The notes beneath the pieces were generated by a model that saw nothing but the letters and a program-made list of their open reading frames with translations, was not told the DNA's origin and did no database searches. From Alphaproteobacteria bacterium (GTDB lineage: Bacteria; Pseudomonadota; Alphaproteobacteria; GCA-2731375): a stretch of 64,000 nt of DNA. Position 1 is the stretch's first letter. Each line of letters starts with the position of its first letter. The position numbers were made by a program, and so were the translations under genes. Shown here one piece after another: positions 18,315 to 28,343 of this stretch. The stretch lies in assembly GCA_965232515.1 (NCBI GenBank), contig CBDDPY010000002.1, forward strand, positions 3,552,001 through 3,616,000, in the 5' to 3' direction.

Positions 18315-19241
18315 CTAGGCCAGACACCAGGCGAGGATGCCCTTCTGCGCGTGCAGACGGTTCTCGGCCTGGTCCCAGACCACGGATTGCGGTCCGTCCA
18401 TTACCTCGTTCGTGACTTCCTCGCCGCGATGCGCCGGCAGGCAGTGCATGAAAACGGATTCGGGTTTCGCCCGCGACATCAGCCGTTCGTCGACGCGGAA
18501 CGGCGCCAGCATGTTGTGTCGGTCGCTGTTGGGATCGTCGTGCATCGACACCCAGGCATCGGCAACCACGCAATCGGCGCCCGCGACCGCGGCATCGGGA
18601 TCGGAACCGACGCTGACATCGGCGCCATGCCGTCGCGCCCAATCGATGGCCTGGCTCGTCGGCTGCAGTTCCGGCGGACAGGCCAGCCGCAGAGCGTAGC
18701 CGAAGCGCGCTGCGCCCTGGATCCAGGACGTCGCCATATTGTTGCCATCGCCCGACCAGGTCACGACCTTGCCCGCGATCGGCCCACGATGCTCCTCGAA
18801 CGTCATCACGTCGGCCATCAGCTGACATGGATGTGTCAGATCGGTCAGCCCGTTGATCACCGGCACCGTGGCATAGGCCATCAGCTCCTCGAGCACGGCA
18901 TGCGACTTGGTCCGAAGCATGATCGCGTCGACATAGCGCGACATCACACGGGCCGTGTCGGCCACGCTCTCGCCGCGGCCGAGCTGCAGATCCTGACCGT
19001 TCAGCACGATGGTCTCGCCGCCGAGCTGGCGCATGCCGACGTCGAACGAGATCCGGGTGCGAGTCGACGGCTGCTCGAAAATCATCGCCAGCAGCTTGCC
19101 GGCCAGCGGCGCGCCCGCATCCGGCGCCGCCTGACCCTTGCCGGCCCGCGCTTTCTTCAGCGCTTTCGCGCCCTCCAGGATGTCGCGCAGCGCGTCGCTA
19201 TCCACGGCGTCAATGTCGGCGAAATGCCGCGGCCCCGTCAT
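18315..19241 (-). CDS. argF: Ornithine carbamoyltransferase
   Basis: [46 protein letters not shown]. Confidence 0.97.
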   Translation of the reverse strand: MTGPRHFADIDAVDSDALRDILEGAKALKKARAGKGQAAPDAGAPLAGKLLAMIFEQPSTRTRISFDVGMRQLGGETIVLNGQDLQLGRGESVADTARVMSRYVDAIMLRTKSHAVLEELMAYATVPVINGLTDLTHPCQLMADVMTFEEHRGPIAGKVVTWSGDGNNMATSWIQGAARFGYALRLACPPELQPTSQAIDWARRHGADVSVGSDPDAAVAGADCVVADAWVSMHDDPNSDRHNMLAPFRVDERLMSRAKPESVFMHCLPAHRGEEVTNEVMDGPQSVVWDQAENRLHAQKGILAWCLA

Positions 19242-20410
19242 GTCGACAACTCCCCACCCACCTGCTCGATAATGTCGAGCGCCGCGTCGACATGTTCTTC
19301 TTCGACGATCAGCGGCGGCAGCAGGCGCACCACGTTGTCGCCGGCCGGTATCGCCAGCAGCCCCTTCTCGCGCAGCGCGGCGGTGACGTCGGCGTTGGTC
19401 GCCCGCGACTTGAAGCCCAGCATCAGGCCGCGGCCGCGGATCTCCTCGACGATGGTGACGTTGCGCTGGCGCTGCGCCTCCAGGCCCGTGCGCAGGCGGT
19501 CGGCCATCTTCTGCACGTGTTCGAGGAAGCCGTCGGCCAGGATCACGTCCAGCACCGCGTTGCCCGCCGCCATGGCCAGCGGGTTGCCGCCATAGGTCGA
19601 ACCGTGCGTGCCGGCGACCATGCCGACCGCCGCATCCTTGGTCAAAAGACAAGCGCCGAGCGGAAAGCCGCCGCCGATGCCTTTGCCCAGGCTGACGATA
19701 TCCGGCTGGATGCCGCTCCATTCGTGGGCCAGAAACTTGCCGGTACGCCCGATGCCGCTCTGCACCTCGTCCATGCACAACAGCAGGCCGTGCTCGTCGC
19801 AGAGGGCCCGCAGTTCCCGTAGGAACTCGTCCGGCACCACGATGATGCCGCCCTCGCCCTGCACAGGCTCGATCAGCACAGCCGCGGTCTCATCGGTGAT
19901 GGCGTCGCGCACCGCGTCGATATCGCCCACCGGCACGTGATCGAAGCCCTCGACCTTGGGGCCGAAGCCCTCTAGCACCTTCGCCTGCCCGGTCGCCGCG
20001 ATGGTCGCCAGCGTACGGCCATGGAAAGCGTTCTCGAAGGTGATGATGCGATAGCGTTCGGGCCTGTCGTGGGCGAAATGATAGCGCCGGGCCGACTTGA
20101 TCAGCGCCTCGTTCGCCTCGGCGCCGGAATTGCAGAAGAACACGAAGTCGGCGAAGCTGTTCGCGGTCAGCCGCTCGGCCAAACGCTCCTGCCCCGGAAT
20201 CGTATAGAGATTGGAGACGTGCATCAGGGTCTGCGCCTGCTTGGAGATGGCGTCGGCCAGATGCGGATGGCTATGCCCGACGCAGGCGACCGCGATGCCG
20301 GTGCCGAAATCCAGGTAGCGTTTCCCGTCGGCGTCGAAGAGATAAGGTCCCTCGCCCCGCTCGAAGGAAATCTCGCCCCGAGCATAGGTCGGCAGAATCG
20401 CTGACGTCAC
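19238..20410 (-). CDS. argD: Acetylornithine aminotransferase
   Basis: [44 protein letters not shown]; GTG start with GGAGAGG RBS. Confidence 0.96.
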   Translation of the reverse strand: MTSAILPTYARGEISFERGEGPYLFDADGKRYLDFGTGIAVACVGHSHPHLADAISKQAQTLMHVSNLYTIPGQERLAERLTANSFADFVFFCNSGAEANEALIKSARRYHFAHDRPERYRIITFENAFHGRTLATIAATGQAKVLEGFGPKVEGFDHVPVGDIDAVRDAITDETAAVLIEPVQGEGGIIVVPDEFLRELRALCDEHGLLLCMDEVQSGIGRTGKFLAHEWSGIQPDIVSLGKGIGGGFPLGACLLTKDAAVGMVAGTHGSTYGGNPLAMAAGNAVLDVILADGFLEHVQKMADRLRTGLEAQRQRNVTIVEEIRGRGLMLGFKSRATNADVTAALREKGLLAIPAGDNVVRLLPPLIVEEEHVDAALDIIEQVGGELST

Positions 20411-20421
20411 GCGACCTCTCC

Positions 20422-20450
20422 AAAATAAAACGCGGCGCCTTTAGCGCCGC
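20422..20450 (-). terminator. Intrinsic-terminator-like hairpin in the argD leader
   Basis: Minus strand GCGGCGC-TAAAG-GCGCCGC followed by GTTTTATTTT, directly before the argD RBS. Confidence 0.65.
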
Positions 20451-20458
20451 TGGATCAT
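20441..20458 (-). other. Candidate leader peptide uORF M-I-Q-R-R-stop
   Basis: Minus strand ATG ATC CAG CGG CGC TAA; the Arg codons are the 5' arm of the hairpin above. Confidence 0.45.
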
Positions 20459-20471
20459 CGGTTATGCAAAA

Positions 20472-20500
20472 ACTATCGGCCGCGGGCAAGTCATTGTCAA
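20472..20500 (-). promoter_or_regulatory. Putative sigma70 promoter of argD-argF-hslO
   Basis: Minus strand TTGACA-N17-GATAGT. Confidence 0.55.
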
Positions 20501-20519
20501 TCGCCAAGCCCGCGCCTTG

Positions 20520-21371
20520 TCAGGCCTTCAATTTCCAGCCGCGCTTCAGCAGCTCCAGGCTGACAATCCACAGCATGACGATCAGGCCCAGCAGCAGGCC
20601 GACGCCGATGGCGAGCGCCCCGTCGGCATGGCCAATGACGCCGTAGCGAAAGCCGTCGATCATGTAGAAGAACGGGTTCGCGTGGCTGATCGTGTACCAG
20701 ACGCCGGGCAAGCGTTCGACCGAATAGAACGTGCCCGACAGGAAGGCGAGCGGCGTGATGACGAAATTGGTGATCGCCGCCATATGGTCGAACTTGTCGG
20801 CCCAGATGCCGACGACAATCCCGAGCAGCGACATCAGCAGCGACGCGGCGGCCGCGAAGAACAGGATCGGCCAGAGCGCGTGCAGCGACAGCTCGACGAA
20901 CAACGCCATGCCGGCGGCGACGGCGAACGCCACAAGAATGCCGCGCGTCATGCCCGACAGAGCATAGCAGAGCGTCAGCTCGCCGGCGGTCAGCGGCGGC
21001 ATCAGCAGATCGACGATATTGCCCTGGATCTTCGAGATCAGGATCGACGACGAGGTGTTGGCGAAGCTGTTCTGCACGATCGCCATCATGATCAGGCCAG
21101 GGGCCAGGAACTGGTCGAACGGCACGCCGGCAATACCGCTGAAACGGTCGCCGAAGGCGAGCGTGAAAATGGCGAGGAACAACAATGTCGTGCTGACCGG
21201 CGCCAGGATCGACTGGATGCCGACCTTCAGGAACCGCTGCACTTCCTTGGCATAGAGCGTCCAGACGCCGAGCCAGTTCACGCGGCCCATGGCGCGCGGG
21301 CCGCGAAGCCGGGGCGTGCGGCTGATCTGCGCCGGTGCCGGCGCCGGGGCAATGCGTTTCGGTTGGGTCAA
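20520..21371 (-). CDS. ABC-2 type transporter permease (YadH-like)
   Basis: KEVQRF, FLAPGLIMM, FANTSSS, FLSGTFY, NPFFYMIDGFRYG. Confidence 0.9.
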   Translation of the reverse strand: MTQPKRIAPAPAPAQISRTPRLRGPRAMGRVNWLGVWTLYAKEVQRFLKVGIQSILAPVSTTLLFLAIFTLAFGDRFSGIAGVPFDQFLAPGLIMMAIVQNSFANTSSSILISKIQGNIVDLLMPPLTAGELTLCYALSGMTRGILVAFAVAAGMALFVELSLHALWPILFFAAAASLLMSLLGIVVGIWADKFDHMAAITNFVITPLAFLSGTFYSVERLPGVWYTISHANPFFYMIDGFRYGVIGHADGALAIGVGLLLGLIVMLWIVSLELLKRGWKLKA

Positions 21372-22012
21372 AACTTGCCGTAGGTGTTCAGCGCGTCGAC
21401 CGGATCGACACCGCTCAGGATCGCGTCGCGCATCTGGTTCTCGGTGGCCGCCACCGCCTCGGTCTCGGCCACGACTTCTTCCGCGAGCGCTTGCGGAATG
21501 ATGACGACGCCATCGATGTCGGCCAGCACATAATCGCCGGAATGGATGGTCACGCCGCCGATCTCAATCGGCTCGCCCATGCTGGCGGCCACCCAGCGGC
21601 CGACGATGTCCTTCGGCGTGTTGAACTTGGCGAACACGGGGAAATCCAGTTGCAGCAGGCGGTGCACGTCTCGGCAGCCGCCATCGGCGATATAGCCGCG
21701 AACGCCCTTGTATTTCAACGTCTCCGCCGAGAGCTCGCCCATCAGCGCGACGATGTCGTTGTTGGGCTGGCAGATCAGCACCCGGTCGGCCGGCGCCTTC
21801 GACAGCACCGTGGCCCAGGCCAGCAAGGTCTCGTCCGGGTCCTGCCCGTCCTCGTAATGCCCGTCGATGGTATGGATCTGTCCGGCGAGCTTATGGCGCG
21901 GATCGAGCGCGCGGATATCCGGCGGCAGCACGCAGTTGTCGTGTCCCTTGGCGCGCAGGGCGTCGTAGACGGCGCTGGCGTAGAGCTGTTCCAGCCGGCT
22001 GGTCAGGTCCAT
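21368..22012 (-). CDS. RraA / HMG-CHA aldolase family protein
   Basis: AVYDAL, ALMGELSA, DGGCRD, GDYVLADIDGVVIIP. Confidence 0.88.
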   Translation of the reverse strand: MDLTSRLEQLYASAVYDALRAKGHDNCVLPPDIRALDPRHKLAGQIHTIDGHYEDGQDPDETLLAWATVLSKAPADRVLICQPNNDIVALMGELSAETLKYKGVRGYIADGGCRDVHRLLQLDFPVFAKFNTPKDIVGRWVAASMGEPIEIGGVTIHSGDYVLADIDGVVIIPQALAEEVVAETEAVAATENQMRDAILSGVDPVDALNTYGKF

Positions 22013-22068
22013 GTCGATTCCTCCGCTTGCCCGGTTCGTCCGGAACATGATTGCGCCGCCGCCGTCGG

Positions 22069-24315
22069 TCAGCGCGGCAGCGGTGAGACGTGGAAGCTTT
22101 CGGGCGGCAGACCGTCCGCGTGACGCCGCCACATCGTCATATACGCCGATTCCAGATGTCGGGCCAGCCGGGGCTGGTCGAACAGGGCGCAGGTTTCGCG
22201 CGTGGCCTGCAGGCGTTGGCGCAATTCCGCCAGCGTTTGTGGCTCGCTCGCCAGACGCAAGGCTTCGACTTCGTAGTCCGGCAGCGACGTCTTGATGAGC
22301 TCCGGCAGACCTGCCGCCGTCAGGATCGAGGCGCCGGTACGCGATGGCTGCGTCGCGCCCGCGATGGTCAGCACCGGCACACCGGCCCAGAGCGCGTCCA
22401 GCGTGGTCACGCCGCCGGCGTGGTGGCGCGTGTCCAGCGCCAGATCGGCCAACCGATGCCGCGCCAGATGACGGGCGTGCGGCAAATGCCCAGCGAAGAC
22501 CAGCCGCGCCGGATCGACGCCGGCGGCGACGGCCACGCGACGGAGGTTCTCGACCGCCCGGTCGGTGCCCGACCGGCACCAGAGCACGCTGCCGTCGACC
22601 GCCGTCAGCAGCCGCAGCCAGGCCGCGAAGGTCTCGGGATCGAACTTGTGGTGCGCGTTGAAGCAGGCGAAGACGAATCCGTCCTCCGGCAGACCGCATT
22701 CCGCCCGTTGCCACGCTTCATCGGCGATCTCGGCCCGCGGCGCGGCCATGAACGTGTCCGGCAGGTAGATCAGCCGCTCGCTGCACTGCGCGGCCATGGC
22801 CGGCGGCGTGTGCGCCGCATCGGTGATCAGATAGGGAATGCAGTCGGCGCCCAACGTGGCGCCATAGCCGAGATAATGCGCCTGCACCGGCGCCGGCGAC
22901 AGCGAGAAGATCTCGATGGCCGAATGCCGGGTATGGCCGGCGAGATCGATCAGCACGTCGATGCCGTCGGCAGCGATGCGGCCCGCGGCGCCGTCGACGG
23001 TGAGCCCGTCTAGCGGCGTGAAGCTGTCGAAACGGCGGGCGAATTCATCGGTCATCTCGTCCGCCAGGTCGCCGCGCAGCGCGTAGCCGTGCCACTCGAA
23101 GCCCGCGCGGTCATGGGCGGCCAGCAGGTCGCGAAAGCTGATGCCGACGCTGTGTCGGCGGAAATCCGGCGAAACATAGCCGACGCGCAGTTTCGCGCCG
23201 CGCGGGCGGGCCGGCGGCCGCACAAAGCGTTCGCGCAACGGCGCGACGGCGGCGATGCAGCGCGCCGAATAATGCCGGGCGAGCGCCAGCCGCAGGTCGC
23301 CCGGCGCGTCGGTCGCGGCCAGACAGAACGGCGGGGCGGCGGTCTTGCCGCCCCGCGCCAGGCTGCTGCGGATGTCGGCGACAACGTCGGATATGACACC
23401 CTGCAGCGCGTCCCAATCGCATTGATACATCAGGGACTGCATGAGAAACGGCAGGCAATGCCGGTCCTCTGCATCGATCGCCAGGGCGCGGCGAAAAGCC
23501 GTCACGGCCTCGTCGTGCCGGCCCATGGTCTGCAGTAGCTGGCCGAGATCGGCATGGCCGCCGGCCAGGTCCGGATGCAGTGCCGTCAGGTCGCGCAGCA
23601 GCGCCAGCGCCTGATGCTGACGGCTCTGGCCGATCAACAGGATGGCCAGGTTCTTCAACGCCGCGGCATCGCCCGGCGCCATCTCAAGCGCGCGGCGCAG
23701 GCAGGCCTCGGCCCGATCCGCGGCGCCGGTCGCCTGATGCAACAGCCCAAGACCGAGATGGGCCGCGGCCAGCGTGGAATCGCGGTCCAGAACCTCCGAA
23801 TAGAGCGCTTCGGCCGCCGCGTGCTCGCCCAGGTCCCGCAGGATATTGGCGCGATTGACGGCCGCCGACAGCAGGCTGGGGTCGGCGGCATAGGCGCGGT
23901 CGTAATGCGCCGCCGCCCGCACCATCTGATCGAGCGCGGTGAGCGCATTGCCGAGCGTGTTGTGCAGCGGCGCGAAGCCGTCGTCGACGGCAAGCCCGCG
24001 CTCGGCCGCCATCGCCGCGGCCCTGGCGTCGCCGGCCTGCAGCAGCGCCGCAGCCAGATTGTTATGCACCTCGCGCACGTCGGGCGCGCGGGCCAGCGCG
24101 CGCCGGAACCAGTCCGCCGCCTCGCCGGGCCGGCCGGTCGCCAGCAATAGATTGCCGAGATAGAACGCCGGTTCGGGATCGGCCGGCAGCGCTTCGGCGG
24201 CCCGGCGCAGGGCGGCTTCGGCCCCGGCGGCATCGCCGGCCTGCAGCCGCGCCAGACCGTCGGACTTCAACGCCAGCGGATCGTCGGCCTTGCGCGGGAC
24301 ATCGGACAGGGACAT
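22069..24315 (-). CDS. TPR-containing GT41 (SPINDLY/OGT-like) protein glycosyltransferase
   Basis: Multiple N-terminal TPRs; [49 protein letters not shown]. Confidence 0.9.
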   Translation of the reverse strand: MSLSDVPRKADDPLALKSDGLARLQAGDAAGAEAALRRAAEALPADPEPAFYLGNLLLATGRPGEAADWFRRALARAPDVREVHNNLAAALLQAGDARAAAMAAERGLAVDDGFAPLHNTLGNALTALDQMVRAAAHYDRAYAADPSLLSAAVNRANILRDLGEHAAAEALYSEVLDRDSTLAAAHLGLGLLHQATGAADRAEACLRRALEMAPGDAAALKNLAILLIGQSRQHQALALLRDLTALHPDLAGGHADLGQLLQTMGRHDEAVTAFRRALAIDAEDRHCLPFLMQSLMYQCDWDALQGVISDVVADIRSSLARGGKTAAPPFCLAATDAPGDLRLALARHYSARCIAAVAPLRERFVRPPARPRGAKLRVGYVSPDFRRHSVGISFRDLLAAHDRAGFEWHGYALRGDLADEMTDEFARRFDSFTPLDGLTVDGAAGRIAADGIDVLIDLAGHTRHSAIEIFSLSPAPVQAHYLGYGATLGADCIPYLITDAAHTPPAMAAQCSERLIYLPDTFMAAPRAEIADEAWQRAECGLPEDGFVFACFNAHHKFDPETFAAWLRLLTAVDGSVLWCRSGTDRAVENLRRVAVAAGVDPARLVFAGHLPHARHLARHRLADLALDTRHHAGGVTTLDALWAGVPVLTIAGATQPSRTGASILTAAGLPELIKTSLPDYEVEALRLASEPQTLAELRQRLQATRETCALFDQPRLARHLESAYMTMWRRHADGLPPESFHVSPLPR

Positions 24316-24338
24316 CGTCCGACAGGGTGTAGAGAGCG

Positions 24339-24357
24339 ATGGTTAACAGACTCTGAA
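24339..24357 (-). promoter_or_regulatory. CtrA-like box upstream of the TPR-GT41 gene
   Basis: Minus strand TTCA-GAGTCTG-TTAACCAT, about 25-40 bp upstream of ATG 24315. Confidence 0.5.
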
Positions 24358-24429
24358 ATGCCGTCTGGTTTGGCTGTCTGGGCGTCGCTATATTGCCTGG
24401 AACGTCGCATCCGGAGGGAACATCAGATC

Positions 24430-25614
24430 ATGACCGACGCCGTCATCGTTTCGACCGCCCGCACCCCGATTGGCAAGGCTTATCGCGGCGCGTTCAACAA
24501 CACCCATGGCGCCGATTTGGGTGGCCACGTGCTGAAGCACGCCGTCGAGCGCGCCGGCGTCGACCCTGAGGAGGTCGAGGACGTGATCATGGGCGTCGCC
24601 AACCCGGAAGGCGCGACCGGCGGCAACGTCGCCCGGCAATGCGCGATCCGCGCCGGCATGCCGGTGACAACGGGCGGCACCACCGTCAACCGGTTCTGCA
24701 GTTCGGGCCTGCAGACCATCGCCATGGCCGCACAGCGTGTGATCGTCGACGGCGTGCCGGTCATGGCCGCCGGCGGGCTCGAGAGCATCAGCCTGGTGCA
24801 GACCGAGCACATGAACCGCTACCACTCGGCTAACGACTGGATCGTCGAGCACAAGCCGTCGATCTACGACAGCATGCTGAAGACGGCGCAGACCGTGGCC
24901 GACCGCTATGGCGTCAGCCGCGACTACCAGGACGAATACGCCCTGCAAAGCCAGATGCGCACGGCCGCCGGTCAGCAGGCCGGCAAGTTCGACGACGAGA
25001 TCGTACCGATGCCGTCGATCAAGATCGTCACCGACAAGGAAAGCGGCGAGACCCACGAGGAAGAGGTCACGCTGACCAAAGACGAGGGCAACCGGCCCAG
25101 CACCAACGCCGAAGGCCTGGCCGGCCTGGAACCGGTGACCGGCCCCGACGGCCACATCACCGCCGGCAACGCCAGCCAGCTCTCCGACGGCGCGTCCGCC
25201 TGCATCGTCATGGACGCCAAGGAAGCCGAAAAGCGCGGCATCCAGCCGCTGGGCGTGTTCCGCGGCTTTGCCATCGCCGGTTGCGAGCCCGACGAGATGG
25301 GCATCGGTCCGGTCTTCGCCGTGCCGCGCCTGCTGGAGCGGACGGGCGTGAAAATGGACGAGATCGGCCTCTGGGAGCTGAACGAGGCCTTCGCCGTGCA
25401 GGTGCTGTATTGCCGCGACAAGCTGGGTATCCCGAACGAGAACCTGAACGTCGACGGCGGCGCCATCTCGATCGGCCACCCCTATGGCATGAGCGGCGCC
25501 CGCATGACCGGCCACGCGCTGATCGAGGGCAAGCGGCGCGGCGACAAGTATGCCGTGGTGACCATGTGCATCGGCGGCGGCATGGGCGCGGCCGGGTTGT
25601 TCGAGATCGTCTAG
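24430..25614 (+). CDS. Acetyl-CoA C-acyltransferase (thiolase)
   Basis: NRFCSSG, NEAFA, GHPYG, CIGGGMG. Confidence 0.95.
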   Translation: MTDAVIVSTARTPIGKAYRGAFNNTHGADLGGHVLKHAVERAGVDPEEVEDVIMGVANPEGATGGNVARQCAIRAGMPVTTGGTTVNRFCSSGLQTIAMAAQRVIVDGVPVMAAGGLESISLVQTEHMNRYHSANDWIVEHKPSIYDSMLKTAQTVADRYGVSRDYQDEYALQSQMRTAAGQQAGKFDDEIVPMPSIKIVTDKESGETHEEEVTLTKDEGNRPSTNAEGLAGLEPVTGPDGHITAGNASQLSDGASACIVMDAKEAEKRGIQPLGVFRGFAIAGCEPDEMGIGPVFAVPRLLERTGVKMDEIGLWELNEAFAVQVLYCRDKLGIPNENLNVDGGAISIGHPYGMSGARMTGHALIEGKRRGDKYAVVTMCIGGGMGAAGLFEIV

Positions 25615-25647
25615 TCCGCTACGGCGGCCGCCCGGCCGCAGTGCGCG

Positions 25648-25992
25648 ATGAAGATCTACAAAGGATTGCGCGGACCACAGGGCACGATCGTCACGGTCGA
25701 CGACGTGCCCTTGGATCCGCGCACCGACCTGCGCAACTTCAACGCCGACGGTTTCGAATGGGGCTATGAAGGCAGCGGTCCGAGTCAGCTGGCGCTGGCG
25801 CTCATCGCCGATCACCTGAACGCCGAAATGGCGCTCAAGCACTATCGCGATTTCATGACCACGATCATCGCCGAGATCGAAGGCGACGAGTGGACGATGT
25901 CGAGCGAGGACATCGACCGCCGCACCGAGGAAATCACGATCGTGCCGATGGATTTGGAAACCCTGCTGCGCAAGGTGCGCGGCGAGGATTGA
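25648..25992 (+). CDS. DUF6166-like hypothetical protein
   Basis: GFEWGYEGSGPSQLALALIADH motif. Confidence 0.75.
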   Translation: MKIYKGLRGPQGTIVTVDDVPLDPRTDLRNFNADGFEWGYEGSGPSQLALALIADHLNAEMALKHYRDFMTTIIAEIEGDEWTMSSEDIDRRTEEITIVPMDLETLLRKVRGED

Positions 25993-26011
25993 ACGGCCCG
26001 ACCGGCGTCGC

Positions 26012-27592
26012 ATGGATACCATCACCGGCCTGATCGCGGCGCGCGCGGCGCAATTCCCCGACCGGCCGGCGCTGATCTATCAGAATCGGTCGATCAGCTG
26101 GTCGGCTTTCGAAGCGCGCAGCCGCGCCGTTGCCGGCGGGCTCGCCGGCCTCGGCGTCGGCAAGGGCGACAGGGTCGCCCTGTGGCTGCCGAACACGCCG
26201 GCCTACCTCATTCTCAGCGCCGCCTGCGCCCGGCTGGGCGCGATCGCGGTTGCCGTGAACACCCGGTTTCGCAGCGCCGAGGTCGGCGACATCGTCGGCC
26301 GGTCGGGCGCCAAGGTGCTGGCGATGTGGCCCGGATTCCGCGGTATCGATTTCCCCGCGATCCTGGGCGACGTGGACCCTGCGACGCTGACGCGGCTGTC
26401 GACCGTCATCGCCTATCGGGAGGACGATGCCGAGACCGCGATGCCGGCGAGCGCCACGCATTGCCGGGTCGTGCGCTACGAGGAGCTCGAGCGGGCGGCG
26501 CCGGCCGACGCCGACGCGGCGGCGCCGGATCTGGGCTGCAACATCTTCACCACCTCGGGCACCACCAAGGCGCCGAAATTCGTTCTGCACAGCCAGGCGG
26601 GCATCACCCGGCACGCCCGTGACGTCGCGCGCGCCTTCGGCTACGGGCCGAGTGGCGGCGCCATGCTGCAAACCCTGCCGCTTTGCGGCGTGTTCGGCTT
26701 TTCCCAGGCCATGGCCGGCCTGGCCGGCGGTCTGCCACTGGTCATCGCAAGCGCCTTCGACGCGGACGAAGCGGTTGCGCTGATCGACCGCTACGACGTC
26801 CGGCACCTCAACGTCACCGACGACATGGTCGATGCGATCCTGCGCGTGACCGACCGCAAGGACGTGCTGCCGAGTGTCGCTTTTTCCGGCTACGCAGCCT
26901 TCGACGCCTCGTTGGGCGACATCGTCGAACGGGCCGACGCCCGGGGCTGGAAACTCTGCGGCCTCTACGGCATGAGCGAGGTACAGGCGCTGTTCAGCGT
27001 CCGCGACCCCGCGCTGCCGGTCGCGGAACGCCGGCCGGGCGGTGGCCGTCTGGTCTCGGCGCAAGCCGCCGCCAGGGTCCGGGACGTCGACAGCGGCGAA
27101 TTGCTGCCGTTCGGGCAGACCGGCGAGCTGGAGCTCAGCGGACCGAGCCAAATGCTCGGCTATTTCGAGAACCCGGAGGCCACGGCGGCGACGATCACGC
27201 CGGACGGCTTCGTGCGCACGGGCGACCTCGGCTACATGTCCGACGACCGCACCTTCGTCTATCTGTCGCGCATGGGCGACGTCCTGCGCCTCGGCGGCTT
27301 CCTGGTCAGCCCGTTGGAGATCGAAAGCCATATCCAGGCGCACCCCGGCATCGATGGCTGCCAGGTCGTCGGCGTCTCGACGCCGCAAGGTCCGCGCGCC
27401 GTTGCCTTCGTCACGCTGCAATCGGGCGCAACCCTGGACGAAGACGCGGTGCGACAGCATTGTCTGAACGGCCTGGCCAAGTTCAAGGCCCCGCAGCGCG
27501 TGATCGCGCTCGGCGAATTCCCGACAACGAAAAGCGCCAACGGCACCAAGATCCAACGCGGCCGGTTGCGCGAGATGGCGGAGCAGGCTTGA
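26012..27592 (+). CDS. AMP-binding acyl-CoA synthetase
   Basis: TTSGTTKAPK, YGMSE, RTGDLG, C-terminal NGTKIQR. Confidence 0.9.
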   Translation: MDTITGLIAARAAQFPDRPALIYQNRSISWSAFEARSRAVAGGLAGLGVGKGDRVALWLPNTPAYLILSAACARLGAIAVAVNTRFRSAEVGDIVGRSGAKVLAMWPGFRGIDFPAILGDVDPATLTRLSTVIAYREDDAETAMPASATHCRVVRYEELERAAPADADAAAPDLGCNIFTTSGTTKAPKFVLHSQAGITRHARDVARAFGYGPSGGAMLQTLPLCGVFGFSQAMAGLAGGLPLVIASAFDADEAVALIDRYDVRHLNVTDDMVDAILRVTDRKDVLPSVAFSGYAAFDASLGDIVERADARGWKLCGLYGMSEVQALFSVRDPALPVAERRPGGGRLVSAQAAARVRDVDSGELLPFGQTGELELSGPSQMLGYFENPEATAATITPDGFVRTGDLGYMSDDRTFVYLSRMGDVLRLGGFLVSPLEIESHIQAHPGIDGCQVVGVSTPQGPRAVAFVTLQSGATLDEDAVRQHCLNGLAKFKAPQRVIALGEFPTTKSANGTKIQRGRLREMAEQA

Positions 27593-27593
27593 G

Positions 27594-28316
27594 ATGAGCG
27601 ATCGCATATTGCTGGGCATGTTGACGCCCTCGTCGAACACGGTGCTGGAGCCGATGACGACGGCCATGCTGGACGGTCTGCCCGAGGTTTCGGCGCATTT
27701 CGGTCGCTTCCGCGTCACCGAGATCTCGCTCGACGACGGCGCGCTGGGACAGTTCGATCAGGACGCCCGGCTGGCGGCCGCCGACCTGCTGGCCGATGCG
27801 CAATGCAACGTGATCGCCTGGAACGGGACCTCCGCCGGCTGGATGGGCTTCGCCCACGACGAAGAACTCTGCCGCCGCATCACCGAACGGACCGGCGCGG
27901 CGGCGACCTCGTCGATCCTGGCCAACAACGACCTGTTTCGGCGCCATGACGTGAAACGCTTCGGTCTGGTGACGCCCTACACCGACGACGTGCAGGGCCG
28001 GATCATCGCGAACTATACCGAGGCCGGCTTCGAATGCGTCGCCGAACGGCATCTCGGCATCAGCCGCAATTTCGACTTCTCGGAAGTCAGCGAGGACACC
28101 ATTGCCGGCATGATCGACGATGTCGCCGCGGCAGAACCCGAGGCCATTTCAGTTATCTGCACCAATCTGCGCGGCGCACGTTTGGCCGAACGGATGGAGC
28201 AACGCCACGGCATTCCGATCTACGACAGCATCAGCGTCGTGGTGCTGCGCGCCCTCGAGCTCGCGGGCGCCGATCCGAAACGGGTCACCGGCTGGGGCCG
28301 GATCTTCGCCGGCTAG
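27594..28316 (+). CDS. Asp/Glu racemase / maleate cis-trans isomerase family protein
   Basis: LTPSSNTVLEP, WNGTS, LVTPY, CTNL. Confidence 0.88.
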   Translation: MSDRILLGMLTPSSNTVLEPMTTAMLDGLPEVSAHFGRFRVTEISLDDGALGQFDQDARLAAADLLADAQCNVIAWNGTSAGWMGFAHDEELCRRITERTGAAATSSILANNDLFRRHDVKRFGLVTPYTDDVQGRIIANYTEAGFECVAERHLGISRNFDFSEVSEDTIAGMIDDVAAAEPEAISVICTNLRGARLAERMEQRHGIPIYDSISVVVLRALELAGADPKRVTGWGRIFAG

Positions 28317-28343
28317 ACGGAACCACGCGATGCATCCCAAAGG

